A stretch of 64,000 bases of DNA, from NCBI RefSeq assembly GCF_004010195.1, contig NC_057720.1, positions 23,802,135-23,866,134 on the forward strand, written 5' to 3'. This stretch comes from Chiloscyllium plagiosum. Taxonomy: Eukaryota. Shown one piece after another: positions 25,735-38,220 of the stretch. The notes under the pieces were generated by a model. It was not told the DNA's origin, did no database searches, and worked only from the letters and a program-made list of their open reading frames with translations. The position numbers and the translations under genes are program-made. Each line of letters opens with the position of its first letter. The first letter of the stretch is position 1.

Positions 25735-26490
25735 TTTTAATTTGTTTGCAAGATGTGTACATTGCTGACTGGGGCAATATTTATTGCCCATTCCTAGTTG
25801 CCCTTGAGAAAGTGGTGGTGAGCTGTCTTCTTGAGTTGCTGCAGTCCATGTGTTGTAGGTAGGCCCACAGTGCTCTTAGGGAGAGAATTCCATGGTTTTT
25901 ACCCAACCATACAGAAGGAACAGTGATATATTTCCAAGTTAAGATAAGAGTGATTTTGAGGAGAACATCCTGGAAGTGGTGTCCATATGTATCTGCAGCT
26001 GTTGTCCTTCTCAATGGATGTGGTCATGGGTTTGGAAAGTGCTGTCAAAGGAGCCTTTGAATTTCTGCAATACATCTTCTATGTGGTATACATTGCAGCT
26101 AACTAAGTGTCAATGATAGAGGAAGAGAGTATTTGTGGATGTAGTGCCAATCAAGTGCTTTTTGTCCTCGATAATGTCAACCTTCTAGAGTGCTGTTAGA
26201 TTGCACCCATTCAGGTAAGTGAGGGGGATTCCATCACAGTCCTGATTTGTGCTTTGTAGATGGTGGATAGGCTTTGAGGAGCCAGAAGGTGACTTACTTA
26301 CAGAATTCCTTGTCTAACTTGTTCTTGTAGCCATTGAATTTTTATGGTTAGTATGTTTCAGTTTCAGGTCAATGATAAGCTCCAGGATGTGGATGGTGGG
26401 GTGATGCCATTGCATGTCAAGGGTTGATGGTTAAATTTTGTCTTGTTGGAGATGGCTATTGCCTGGCATTTGTGTGGCACAAATGTTACT
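25735..26490 (-). mobile_element. CR1-clade LINE family B, 3' end
   Basis: tttattgcccattcctagttgcccttgagaa tail; minus-strand translation WKYITVPS and TFVPHKCQAIAISNK. Confidence 0.8.
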
Positions 26491-26939
26491 TTACTCAGAA
26501 GGTTGTGAACCTTTGAAATTCTCTCCTGCACAAAATTTTTGAAGCTCAGTGTCTGAGGATATTTAAAGTAAAGATTGATAGTTTTTTGAGTAGCATTCAG
26601 AGTTATGGGGATGGGATGAGTAAATTGCATATGTTTTATTCATTCATGAGGTGAGGTGCCACTGGGCTGGTTGCTTATTAAGGTCTCCCTATCCAAAAGC
26701 AGGCTGTGTTATCTTCAAAGTAAATTACAAAGGGTTATTACATAATTTAAGGATTCTAGGATTGCTAATGAGTTTTCAGAAGGTGTGAAGATACAAAGCA
26801 GGAAACAGGAACAGGGACAGGGAATCACAAGAAAATCCTACATAATTATTTTCACTTTGTGGAAGGTTGTAATCTATGGGCATGAAGAGCTCAGTCACCA
26901 TCTTAACTATGGCTACTAGAAGAATGCTACATTGATGGA

Positions 26940-27400
26940 AATGTACAGCCATTTCTGAGTTAATAGGAACAGTTCCAGAGATGAGAAGCTTCAGTTATGA
27001 GGATATATTGGAGAAGGGGGAGTATTCTCTGAGAAGAGGACAAAAATAAAAGGAGATCTGGAGGAGGTTTTCAAAATCATGATGGGGCTGGGTAGTATAG
27101 ATTGGGTCCAAATCTTGCGACTTATAAAATAATCAAAATCAAGACAGTACTGATTTGAACTGATCTGCAAAAGAAGCAAATGGATTGTGAAAAAAGAACT
27201 TTTTCACGCAATGAGTGGTTGGATGTGCAGTGAATGCTGATTCAATTTGAAGGGACATTAGATGAGTATTTAAATAGAAACATGAGCAAGGGTAGGAGAA
27301 ATGGTAGGAGAATGGCATTATGTCATAATGCTCACTTGGAGAGCCAGTGTGGACAGAATGGGTTGAATGGCCTCCTTCTGTGCATTGAAACTTCTATAAT
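26940..27400 (+). mobile_element. CR1 3' end, degenerate
   Basis: ggagatctggaggaggttttcaaaatcatg...gaatggcctccttctgtg. Confidence 0.7.
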
Positions 27401-27687
27401 TCTATTAATCATGATCCATCAAAGTTAGCATTGCAACCATTTCCTTTTGAATGTGAGGGCAGTCACTTGGAGGAGAACCATCTGAATACATGAGAGGAAC
27501 ACCTTGAAACAGAAAGTGCTCTTCAACATGGAATCAGAGAAAGATTTCAGGTCAAAACAAGAGGACTGCTGTATAGAAGCAGGCTGTCAAGAAAAAAACA
27601 CCCACAGTACTATCAACATTAAACAAAGAAACTTTCAGTCCCTCTCAAGACCTGATCTGAGTTGAACACTGTCAAAGTCCAACTATC

Positions 27688-28020
27688 TGGGGTGGCACAG
27701 TGGTTATTGCTGCTGCCTCACAGCACCGCAGACCCAGGTTTGGTTCCAGCCTCAGGTGATTGTCTACATGGGGCTTGCACATTTTCCCTGTGTCTGCATG
27801 GGTTTCCTCTGGGTGCTGCAGTTCCATCCCAAAGTGGAAAATTGTGCAGGTTAGGTGGATTAGTGAAGCTGAATTGCCCAATAATGTGCAGGCTAGGTGG
27901 ATTAGCCGCGGGCAATGGAGGGTTACAGGGATGGGGTAGGTCTGGATGGGGTACTGTTCACAGGGTTGGTGTAGACTTGATGGACCAAATAGCCTGCTTT
28001 CACACAGTGGGGATTCTATT
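27688..28020 (+). mobile_element. HE1-type V-SINE
   Basis: gtggcacagtggttattgctgctgcctcacagc head followed by V-domain. Confidence 0.9.
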
Positions 28021-28339
28021 TAACTGCAGAAGCCATCACAGTTTCTTTTCCTCAGAAAGGGAACATTCAAGCAGATCAGCACTGCAAAGAAAAAACGATC
28101 CCATGTTCATTTCCATACATAACTTTTATCCTTCCTTATTTTAAATCTTTGCATATATACTTCAGTGAATAAGTTGTCTGCTTTTTACTTAATAACTTTC
28201 AGCAATAGTTGAGTAATAAAATAACCCTTATCTTTTTTCAAACATAAAATTGTGCTATTGATTATTTTTAAAATGAAATATTCAAAAATTAAAAGGTGGC
28301 TGCAAGAGAACGTGTACAAATTCTTAGTTCCCAGACCAC

Positions 28340-28750
28340 TCTGAGGACATGTTTGGTATATGGTTGTGTTATGAGTAAGTGACTGTAGAACAATATCAGT
28401 GTGAATGACAGCACCAAACTGCAAGTATGCCAAGCCTGTATTGTCAGTTCCCTCCCCTATAATGGTCACAACTGGACAATGTATGCTAGACTGAATAAAA
28501 AGCTAAATTGTTTCAACCTTATTGCCATAGATGTAACCTCAGTAACTCTTAACAGGACAGGGTCATTAACCCATGGGTCCTGGAGCAGGCTAATCCCAAC
28601 TGTACACACTTGTTGCTGAGGGAATATCATCTGTGCTGCCTTGGACACATCTGTGAATGGGTTGAAGCCCTATATACACTAAAATTTTCTTCAGGCGAAC
28701 TAGCTCCAAGGCTATGACATCCTGGACATTCATGCCACTGCTTATGACTT
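28340..28750 (+). mobile_element. RTE-clade LINE fragment
   Basis: ORF reads TKLQVCQACIVSSLPYNGHNWTMYARLNKKLNCF, like the RTE RT C-terminal TK..VY.ACV.S.LLYG.E.WT motif. Confidence 0.7.
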
Positions 28751-28799
28751 GCTTTTAAAATAAAACCAACCTAGATTATGGTGTGTGATGTCCAACCAC

Positions 28800-29255
28800 T
28801 TTTCAATGTCAGTAAGAACTGACTGACATTCACGCCTCAGTACTGCCAGGCAATTAGCATCTCCAACAAGAGAGACTTTAACCACAGCCCTTGACATGCA
28901 ATGGCATTACCGTCACTGAATCCCCCACAATCAACATCCTGGGAGTTACCATTGATCAGAAACTGAAATGCACTCTCCATAAAAATACAGTCGCTACGAG
29001 AGCAGGTCAGAAATTAGGTAACCTGCAGTGAGTAACTCATCCTTGCTCCTACTCAATATTTACCTACAATTTATAAATTATAAGTCAGGAGTGCAAAGGA
29101 ATACTACCTGTTTATCCGAAAGAGTGTAGCTCCAAAATCACTCAAGAAGCTTGACACCTTGAAGGAGAAAGCAGTCTGCTTGATTAGCAATGCATCCATA
29201 AACATTAACTCACTCCACCATTGATGTTCAGTAGTAGCAGCATATATTACTTACA
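28800..29255 (+). mobile_element. CR1-clade LINE family B fragment
   Basis: tgccaggcaat...catctccaacaagagaga...atcaacatcctgggagttaccattga...actcaagaagcttgacacc. Confidence 0.8.
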
Positions 29256-29262
29256 GAAAGGT

Positions 29263-29390
29263 AAACCAAAGAACTGTAGATGCTGGAGCTCTGCATCAAA
29301 CAAGAACTGATATTCCAGAAGAAACTCAACCAGTCTGACAGAGAGAGAAACAGAGTTAATATTTCAAGTCTAGTGACATTTCTTCAGAAT
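29263..29390 (-). mobile_element. PLE terminal micro-element
   Basis: Reverse complement starts attctgaagaaatgtcactagacttgaaatattaactc. Confidence 0.75.
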
Positions 29391-30769
29391 TGTTGGTTAA
29401 GATCCAACTTCCAATTCATTGGAATAACACGAGGACGAGTGGCAGTAGAAATTTTGCAGTATTTCTTGGAACAGTTATGGATAATCTAAGAAAAGTGTTT
29501 AAAACTTTTCCCATGTTCTAAGGGGATAAATAGTAAATCTAACTTTCAGAGCTGGAAAGTTAGGATAGATTGACAGAAAACTACAAAATGGACTCCTGCG
29601 CAGTAATTCCCATGATTATATGATGCTCACAACAGAAGATTTGAGACTATCCATATCTTATGGGTTTCAAATTCAAGTGTATATTTTTAGTAGACTAGTG
29701 TATGTGTTGTGCCTTATTATTAATTTATGCATACGTTCTGTTCCAGCTAACACTGATTATCTTCTATAAGGGTTTCATGCTTTGATTGTGTAGGTGAAAG
29801 AAAGAAAGACTTCCAATACAAATGTAAAAGTTGGAGATTGACGTGAAAGCAGGGTCACCTAACAGCATTCTAACTTCCTTTCTTATATTCTGCCCAGAAG
29901 TGGGAGAAAGAATATATAAAGTGATACAAAGGTTGTCCTCATTGGTTGCAGATCTGCTAGAGGCTAATCAGGGCCAAACTGATTCTCCCACAGTGAGTAC
30001 ATGTGATGGTATAGTTGCTGAGGGTGAACAATTACATCCATCTTTTTCTTCCTTTTCTCTTTCATGTATCTTGGTTCTTCACCTGGTATGAAAGGAATCT
30101 GCAGCCCTCCTGATGGCATTTCTTCCGGGATCAGAATCTATGGCTTGAATTCCCCACCAGCAATGCCAAACATAGCACAAAGAGAGGGGCTTCTTTGGTG
30201 AGTCTTTGAAAAGTTTATGTGGAGGTGCCTCTCTGTTCCTTTACCAGTGATCAGCATTTTGTACAGCACACAGAAAATTGTTGTCCAATATGCTTCGGTC
30301 TTTCATTGCTGACTTTGCAGCAGGATGGCCTTGATGCTGGTAATGTTAGTTGTTTCCAGGACTTCAATATTTATGATGCAGTTTCTTGAGGATATTGCAG
30401 AGGCAACACTGGCAGAAGCATTCGAGAAGGAATCCCTGTTGGCAGTACAGGACACAAGCCTCAGCACCATACAAAAGGATGGTAAGGACTACAGCTTCGT
30501 ACACTTTAGTTTTGGTCTATGCTCTGAAGCTGTGGTTGCTCCACCCTCATTTGTAGAATCTTCAAATGAGCAGTTTGCTTCAGTAAGTCTAATACCTACT
30601 GCTGTGACCAGAACGACATCAAATGAGATGATGCTTGCCAAACAGATAAATTGCTCAACTGCATTTAGTTCACTTCCACCAACATCAATGTTTAATGGTC
30701 TATATTTTCTTTAGAGCGCAGGCTGATGCAGGACTTCAGTTTTCTTTAAACTGATCTTGAATCTGAAGA

Positions 30770-30964
30770 AAAAAAAACTGCAGATGCTGGAAATCAGAAA
30801 CAAAAACAGGAATTGCTGGAAAAGCTCAGCAGGTTTGGCAGCATTTGTACAGAGAAATCAGAGTTAGTGTTTCAGGTTCTGAGGAAGGATGACTTGACCC
30901 AAAACTCTGATTTCTCTCCACAGATGCTGCCAGAACTGCTGAGCTTTTCCAGCAATTTCTGTTT
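30770..30964. mobile_element. Palindromic PLE micro-element (family B) with 10-bp TSD
   Basis: TSD aatctgaaga at 30760-30769 and 30965-30974; arms aattgctggaaaagctcagcag / ctgctgagcttttccagcaatt; ttctgaggaagg core at the turn. Confidence 0.9.
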
Positions 30965-31381
30965 AATCTGAAGACTTATACTGCCTTGGAAAAACTTGTT
31001 GTTATACTTTGCGCATCTGGCCACGGGCCAGGAGAGTGCAGTCATCAGTGACAAGAAGCTCATAAAGATGCTTTTCTTGTGTCTTTGTGGGAGCCTGAAG
31101 ATAGTTGAGATTGAAAAGGCCATCAGACTGGAAGGGTTATGGAGACTCCCTCTTTAAGGCTTCCATTGCCTGTGGCTGTGTTTTTCCCACAACACACTCT
31201 CAACTCAGATCTCCACATCTGCAGACCTCACTGTCTCCTATTGCAGCATCGTGCTGAAGAAGATGGTTAAACAAGTCAGGGCCAGCACACATCCCTGATT
31301 CAGGCCATTGGAGATTCAGAAGAGACTCGAGAGGCCCTTTGTATGTTTAACTTGTCCATTCTGATTTTTCAGAGATGAAAG

Positions 31382-31727
31382 GGAGGTGAAGGCATAGTGA
31401 TGGTTTCACTAAATTATTTCATCTAGAGGTAATATTCTGGGCACACAGGTTCAAATCCTGGCATGGTAGATGGAATTTGAGTCCAATATAAATCTGTGGT
31501 TAAGAATATAATGATGACCATGACACTGTTGTTATTTGTTGGAAAAATTCATTTGGTTCACTAATGTCTTTGAGAGTGGAAATCTACTATCCTTGCCCAA
31601 TCTGGCCTCCATGTGACTCCAGACCCACAGCAATGTGGTTGACTCTCAACTGCCCTCTGGAAAATTTAGGAATGGGCAATAAATACTGGCCTGACCAGCA
31701 ATGTCTATGTTCCATCAATGAATAAGA
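31382..31727 (+). mobile_element. tRNA-derived SINE sharing its 3' tail with LINE family B
   Basis: ggcatagtg...ggttcaaatcc boxes; ggttcactaatgtc core; gggcaataaatactggcc...atgaataa tail. Confidence 0.8.
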
Positions 31728-32577
31728 AGTTTATCACAGACAGGAACCTGAGTGACCATTCGCAATCTTCAAGGATTTTCCAAAATACATTTTTACTTGT
31801 AGCGTTGATCACATTGGTGAGGTCGAGGTCTCTATTTTGCTCACAAAACCTTTTTGTGTATTTGGCTGAATGCCAGACGGTGCTGCCCCTATTTGCTCTG
31901 AACCTGCATTGGGAAGCTTTTCCCTGCAATGGAAGACACAAGCTTCTTCAGAGGTCTTCTAAAACAGATCTTCCCAGTGGTAGAACAGAGGGTGGAATCA
32001 TGTGCTGCTGCCAGTAGGCCACAAAAATATCATGGAGCTTGATATGTCGGCTTCAGGTGGAATTCCATCAAACTCCAGGGGCTTTGTCGCTCTTTATCTT
32101 GTGTCAACGATTACAATTTCTTCCAGAATTTGGCTCACATTTTGATAGGCTCCAGATACCAAAGAGTTGTTCACCATTGATCTCACTCAGGTCCACTTTA
32201 TCGATGTCTAGTCTGGCTACCATGGGCTGAGGGTCATTAATACTGTACTGTTCTCTCCAGAGCTGAGCACCAAAGCTACTGGTTGTTCAGGATGTTATCA
32301 GATGATAGTGCCATCTTTAGCTCAACCTCAAAATAATCAATGATCTAACTTGTCTGCCTGCAAGATTGGAACTGAGGGTGTCAGTGTCACCTTACACTGC
32401 TGCTTTTTTTCTTTCCCATTGATACAGGGCTTGAAGTTAGGGGAGACCATTATTTCTCTCCTGACTGTGCAGTGCAGCTTCAGGGTGGAATACAATTCAC
32501 ACTGACTGAAGCGACCATTTAAGACTGGATCTCATCTGCACTATGGCAGCAATGATGAGATCTTGTTTAGACTCAGA

Positions 32578-32889
32578 GGGAGGGACGGTGGTTCAGTGGT
32601 TAGCCCTGCTGCCTCACAACACCAGGGTCCCAGGTTTGATTCCAGCCTCGGGTGATTGTCTGTGTGGAGTTTGCACATTCTCCCCACGTCTGTGGGGTTT
32701 CCTCGGGGTGCTCTGGTTTCCTCCTACAGTCCAAAGATGTGTAGGTTAGGTGAATTGGCCATGCTAAATTGCCCATAGTGTTAGGTGCATTAGTCAGAGG
32801 GAAATTGGACTGGGTGGGTTACACTTTGGAGGGTCGGTGTGGACTTGAGGGGCGAAAGGCCTGTTTCCACACTGTAGGTAATCTAATCT
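32578..32889 (+). mobile_element. HE1-type V-SINE
   Basis: Head, V-domain and aatctaatct tail. Confidence 0.95.
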
Positions 32890-33644
32890 TTCTGTCTCAT
32901 TGGTGAGTTGCTGGTTGGGGCTTGAAGGAATCCACCATCCTTTGCTATTTCAGTCATAGCTAATAAACCAATTACCATAATTTACAGAGTACGGTTTGAT
33001 GTGGCTTTGACCCAGAAGATGAAACTCAACGTGGTCATTTGGGCCACTTGGAATTCTTATGCTGTGGCCATTATCTTTATCAAGAAAGGCATCATCTCAA
33101 GTGGTGCTATGTTCTTCGTTTATCTCTTAATTATATGTTAACTGTCAGCTGAGAAGGTGTGAAACTACAGAGTTGCTTATATTTATGGTAGGAATCGTTT
33201 GGCTGGGGTGACCAACATTCAAAACATAATCTCATTCCCAAGCGCTGTAAGCAGCACAGAGTGAGTGTGTGTACGGCATGTTTGAAACTTCTTCATATTC
33301 ACCGGTTCTGTGACCTATTGTTGTGTAAATAAAAACTGCTTACAGTTTTTCAAATAACATTCACTACTTGCAAATATTGCCAATCTTGGGTTTAGCTTAC
33401 TGAATTTTGACATTGGTTCTTCATTTGTGACAGCAAAAATAATAGATGTTATGACTGACATAGCGGTTAGTAAATAGTATGCATGCTTACGTTCTATTCA
33501 TCCATTCATACGTTACAAATGTCACTGGCAAGGATGAGCATTTATTGCTCATCCCTAAGTATCCCTGATAAATGGTGGTTAACTTCCTGATGAGCCACTA
33601 CAGTTCAGATGGTGAAGTTACTCCCATAGTTTTTTTATGTAAGG

Positions 33645-34260
33645 TGACCTGCACTCCAAGGTCTCTTTGTTCAGCAACACTCCCTAGGACCTTACCATTA
33701 AGCCTATAAGTCCTGCTAAGATTTACTTTCCCAAAATGCAGCACCTCACATTTATCTAAATTAAGCTCCATCTGCCATTTCTCAGCCCATTGGCCCATCG
33801 GATCAAGATCCTGTTGTAATGTGAGGTAACCTTCTTCGCTGTCCACTACACCTCCAATTTTGGTGTCTTCTGCAAACTTACTAACTATACCTCTTATGCT
33901 CACATCCAATTCATTTATATAAATGACAAAAAGTAGTGGACTCAGCACCGATCCTTGTGGCACTCCACTGGTCACAGGCCTCCAGTCTGAAAAACAACCC
34001 TCCACTACCATCTTCTCTCTTTTACCTTTGAGCCAATTCTGCATTCAAATGGCTAGTTCTCCCTGTATTCCGTGAGATCTAACCTTGCTAACCAATCTCC
34101 CATGGGGCACCTTGTCGAATGCCTTATTGAAGTCCATATAGATCACATTCTACCGCTCTGCCCTTATCAATCCTCTTTGTTACTTCTTCAAAAGACTCAA
34201 TCAAGTTTGTGAGACATGATGTCCCCCCGGACAAAGCCATGTTGACCATCACTAATCAAT
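33645..34260 (-). mobile_element. CR1/HER1 RT fragment inserted in a LINE family B tail
   Basis: ORF 33598-34044 reads [21 protein letters not shown]...KFAEDTKIGG...KCEVLHFG. Confidence 0.95.
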
Positions 34261-34414
34261 TGATCCATTTGAACAGTGGCATTACTTTCAGGTCAAGATG
34301 GGATGTGACTTGGAAGGATACATGCAGTTGGCTGTGTTCCTGTGCATCTGCTGCTGGTGTTTGGACAAAAGGCTGTATTGAAGACTGGATCTTAGGAGTC
34401 CACACATGATCAAA

Positions 34415-34744
34415 ACTGCCAGGAACCTGGGTTTGAGTCCATCATTAGGCGACTGTCTGTGTGGAGTTTGCACAATCTCAGTGTGTCTGCATAGGTTTCC
34501 ACCAAGTGCTCCATTTTCCTCCCACAGTCCAAAGATGATGGGCAGTAAGGTGCACTGGCCATGCTGAATGCCCCATAGTGTCTAGGGATGTGAATGCTAG
34601 TAGACTTGGTGGATTAGCCATGGAAAATTCAGGGTTACTGGTACAGGATAGGGAGTAGGGTGCAGGTGCGATACTCTTCTGAGGGTCAGTGTGAACTTGA
34701 TGGACCGAATGGCAAGCTTCCATAATGTAGGGATTCTATGATTC
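34415..34744 (+). mobile_element. HE1-type V-SINE, degenerate
   Basis: gactgtctgtgtggagtttgcac V-domain and gggattctatgattc tail. Confidence 0.85.
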
Positions 34745-35039
34745 CTTGAACTGTGCATTTGTGAGCATTCTAATTCACTATTAATGCTCTAATTGAAACT
34801 ACATCCACCACACTCTCAGACAGTGCTATCCAGACTAATTATTTGTAGTTTGAGCAAGATTTTTTTTCTCTTGTATTAGTTGTGTTTTTTTTGCAAATTA
34901 CCTTAAGTGTCTTGTTTTCAATCTTATTATCCCTGTGGGCAGATTTTCCCTATCTACATTGTCAAGAACCCTCCAACTCCATCAAATTGCTTCTCAATCT
35001 TCTCTCTTCCCAGGCAAACAGATCCAATTCTTCCAAAAA

Positions 35040-35142
35040 AAACCAACAGAAAGTGCTAGAGAAGCTTAGCAGGTCTGGCAGCAGCTGGGGAGAGAGAAAC
35101 AGAGTTAATATTTTGAGTCCAAAATGACTCCCCTTTCAGAAC
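35040..35142 (-). mobile_element. PLE terminal micro-element
   Basis: Reverse complement gttctgaaaggggagtcattttggactcaaaatattaactc. Confidence 0.7.
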
Positions 35143-35187
35143 AAGTCATATTGAACCAATCAACAAAAACCAAAGAACACCAGGGAG

Positions 35188-36563
35188 CTTGATGTCGGTG
35201 ATGGGTAAGTTGTTGGAGGGAATCCTGAGGGACAGGATTTACACATATTTGGAAAAGCAAGGACTGATTAGTGATGGTCAACATGGCTTTGTGCATGGGA
35301 AATCATGTCTCACGAACTTGATTAAGTCCTTTGAAGAAGTAACAAAGAGGATTGATAACGGCAGAGCAGTAGATGTGATCTATATGGACTTCAATAAGGT
35401 GTTCGACAAGGTCCACCATGGGAGATTCGTTAGCAAGGTTAGATCTTACGGAATATAGGGAGAACTAGCCATTTGAATACAGAATTGGCTCAAAGGTAAA
35501 AGACAGAAGGTGATGGTGGAGGGTTGTTTTTCAGACTGGAGGCCTGTGACCAGTGGAGTGCCACAAAGATCAGTGCTGGGTCCACTACTTTTTGTCATTT
35601 ATATAAATGAATTGGATGTGAGCATAAGTCATATAGTTAATAAGTTTGCAGATGACACAAAATTGGAGGTGTAGTGGATAGTGAAGAAGGTTACCTCACA
35701 TTACAACGGGATCTTGATCGATGGGCCAATGGGCTGAGAAATGGCAGATGGAGTTTAATTTAGATAAATGTGAGGTGCTGCATTTTGGGAAGGCAAATCT
35801 TAGCAGGACATATAGAGTTAATGGTAAGGTCCTAGGGAGTGTTGCTGAAAAAAAGAGACCTTGGAGTGCAGGTTCATAGCTCATTGAAAGTGAAGTCGCA
35901 GGTAGATAGGATAGTGAAGAAGACATTTGGTATACTTTCCTTTATTGGTCAGACTATTGAGGAAAGGAGTTGGGAGGTCATGTTGCGGCTGTACAGAGCA
36001 TTATTTAGGCCACTGTTGGAATATTGTGTGCAATTCTGGTCTCCTTCCTATCGGAAGGGTGTTGCGAAACTTGAAAGGGTTCAGAAAAGATTTACAAGGA
36101 TGTTGCCAGGGTTGGAGGATTTGAGCTATAGGGAGCGGCTGAATAGGCTGGGGCTGTTTTCCCTGGAGCATTGGAGGCTGATGGATGACCTTATAGAGGT
36201 TTGTAAAATCATGAAGGGCATGGATAGGGTAAATAGACAAGGTCTTTTCCCTGGGGTGGGGGAGTCCAGCACTAGAGGGCATAGGTTTAGGGTGAGAGGG
36301 GAAAGATATAAAAGAGACCTAAGGAACCACATTTTCATGCAGAGGGTGGTGTGTGTATGGAATGAGCTGCCAGAGGGAGTGGTGGAGGCTGGTACAATTG
36401 TAACATTTAAAAGGCATCTGGATGGGCATATGAATAGGAAAGGTTTGGAGGGATATGGGTGAAGTGCTGGCAAGTGGGACTAGATTAGGTTAGGATATCT
36501 GGTAGACATGGATGAGTTGGACTGAGGGGTCTGTTTCTGTACTGTACATCTTTATGATTCTAT
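35188..36563 (+). mobile_element. CR1/HER1 LINE, 5'-truncated
   Basis: ORFs with QHGFVHGKSCLTNL...YMDFNKVFDKV and [10 protein letters not shown]...WNELPEGVVEA; 3' tail present. Confidence 0.95.
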
Positions 36564-36668
36564 AACTGCAGATGCTGGAAATCAGAAAAAAACCCAGAAA
36601 TTGCTGGAAAAATCTCAGCAGGTCTGGCAACACAGTTAACATTTCAGGTGCAGCGAACTTTCTTCAGT
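36564..36668 (-). mobile_element. PLE terminal micro-element
   Basis: Reverse complement actgaagaaagttcgctgcacctgaaatgttaact. Confidence 0.75.
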
Positions 36669-36709
36669 ATGGTCATAATGGACTAACACTTAGTTGTTTG
36701 AGAGAAGAC

Positions 36710-37350
36710 TGATGGGGGTATTAATGGCCCAATTGTTTCTGTCCTGCTCTTTTTGGACAATTCTCCACTTTACCAGGTAGACGATAGTTTTACTGGAACA
36801 GCATTGCTGGAGACACAGCTTGTTCTGGAGTACAAGTCTTCAGTACTACAGCTGAGATATTGCCAGGGCCATGGCATTTATTCTATCCACTCCGTTGTTT
36901 CACAGTAGGTGATTCAAATTGTCTGAAGATTGGCTTTTGCAATGCTGGAAACTTCAGAGTGATACTGAACTGGGTCATCCATTTGGCACGTCTGATAAAA
37001 GTTAATTGCCAGTACTTTGATCTTGCCTTTTGTACTTAAGTACTAATCTCCACCCTCATTGAGAATGGTAATTGTTTTGGCACCTCCTCCACCAGTTTGC
37101 CGTTGAATTACTTACCACCATTCTTGATTGAAAGGGGGGCAGTGGCATCAGAGCTTTGATCTTGCCCTTTTGGTTTTGGATTGCCTATATCTGTTTACAT
37201 TGTTTAGTGTGTATGTAGTCTTGTATTGTAATATCAGCAGATTGGTACCTCCCTTTTAGGTATATCTGGTGCTACTTCTAGGTATACGGTTCTGAAATCC
37301 TTACTGAACTAAGATTGTACCCCAAATTTGATGAAGGTGGTCGAGTGAAA
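36710..37350 (-). mobile_element. LINE family B internal fragment, degenerate
   Basis: gttctggagtacaagtcttcagtactacagctg...ccaccattcttgattg resembles the reverse complement of ORF2. Confidence 0.55.
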
Positions 37351-37827
37351 GAAATGCCAGTGGTTGCATGTTTACAGAGAAAGGGTTGTCACAGTCTCCA
37401 GGTTTTTGAAATACAATTTCTATTTCACCCACTTATAGCAGTTCCTGCAAAATAGCATGATCTGGAAGAAGAATTTTTCCTGCAGAATGCACGACCTGTA
37501 AGATTAGCAGTTATCTTATTTTGGAATAGCATGCATCCTGAATTAAATATATTCTTGCACTATGCTTCCAATGTTATTTCAGGTTTGCAGAATATCTACA
37601 TAGAGCATTTTTTTTTTATGGGCCAAAGCAACTGAAGAATATTTACAAGCATACGGGTGAAGTGAAGCTTCAATAAGCATGGAAATATTGAAAGAGTACG
37701 ATAATTGCCTTATATATTTTTGAATGAGTGATATATCTAGCATTCTCTTATTTTGTTTTAGAAATCCAGTATTTGTAACATTTTCTTACTTGTACCAAAA
37801 TTAAACCTAGGCTAAATTACAAACAAA

Positions 37828-38001
37828 AGGAAAGTGAGGACTGCAGATGCTGGAGATCAGAGCTTAAAAATGTGTTGCTGGAAAAGCGCAGCAGGTCAGG
37901 CAACATCAAAGGAGAAAGAGAATCGACTAAAAATGTCGATTCTCCTTCTCCTTTGATGCTGCCTGACCTGCTGCGCTTTTCCGGCAACACATTTTTAAGC
38001 T
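37828..38001. mobile_element. Palindromic PLE micro-element (family A) with 16-bp TSD
   Basis: TSD ctaaattacaaacaaa at 37812-37827 and 38002-38017; near-perfect 69-bp arms 37859-37927 and 37935-38003. Confidence 0.95.
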
Positions 38002-38074
38002 CTAAATTACAAACAAACCCTGTATTTCAATGCATTCTAAAGCACATTACAGCCGAAGAGTTTATTTGATCTGA

Positions 38075-38220
38075 AACTACAGTTGTAAACCAGGAAAACA
38101 TAACAACCAGTGTACTCACAATAAGGTCCCACAAACAATTATGGGAATACCCACAAAATCTGCTAGATAATGTTAGTTATGGGATAAATAATGCACAGAT
38201 ACTAGAATAACTCCCATGGT
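38075..38220 (-). mobile_element. SacSINE1-like fragment
   Basis: aggtcccacaaaca...gggataaataatgcacagatactagaataactcc. Confidence 0.5.

Larger units (their letters stand above)
30050..32550 (-). mobile_element. RTE-clade LINE, degenerate, with nested insertions
   Basis: Minus-strand translation SQCRFRANRGST...CEQNRDL.DLT...FWKILE, like RTE RT (ESQCGFR...EQN.DL...DLTKAFD...LWKIL). Confidence 0.8.

Noticed and set aside
35839..36462. Longest ORF (207 aa) as a host gene
   Set aside because: It is the CR1 ORF2 C-terminus of a truncated, frameshifted copy
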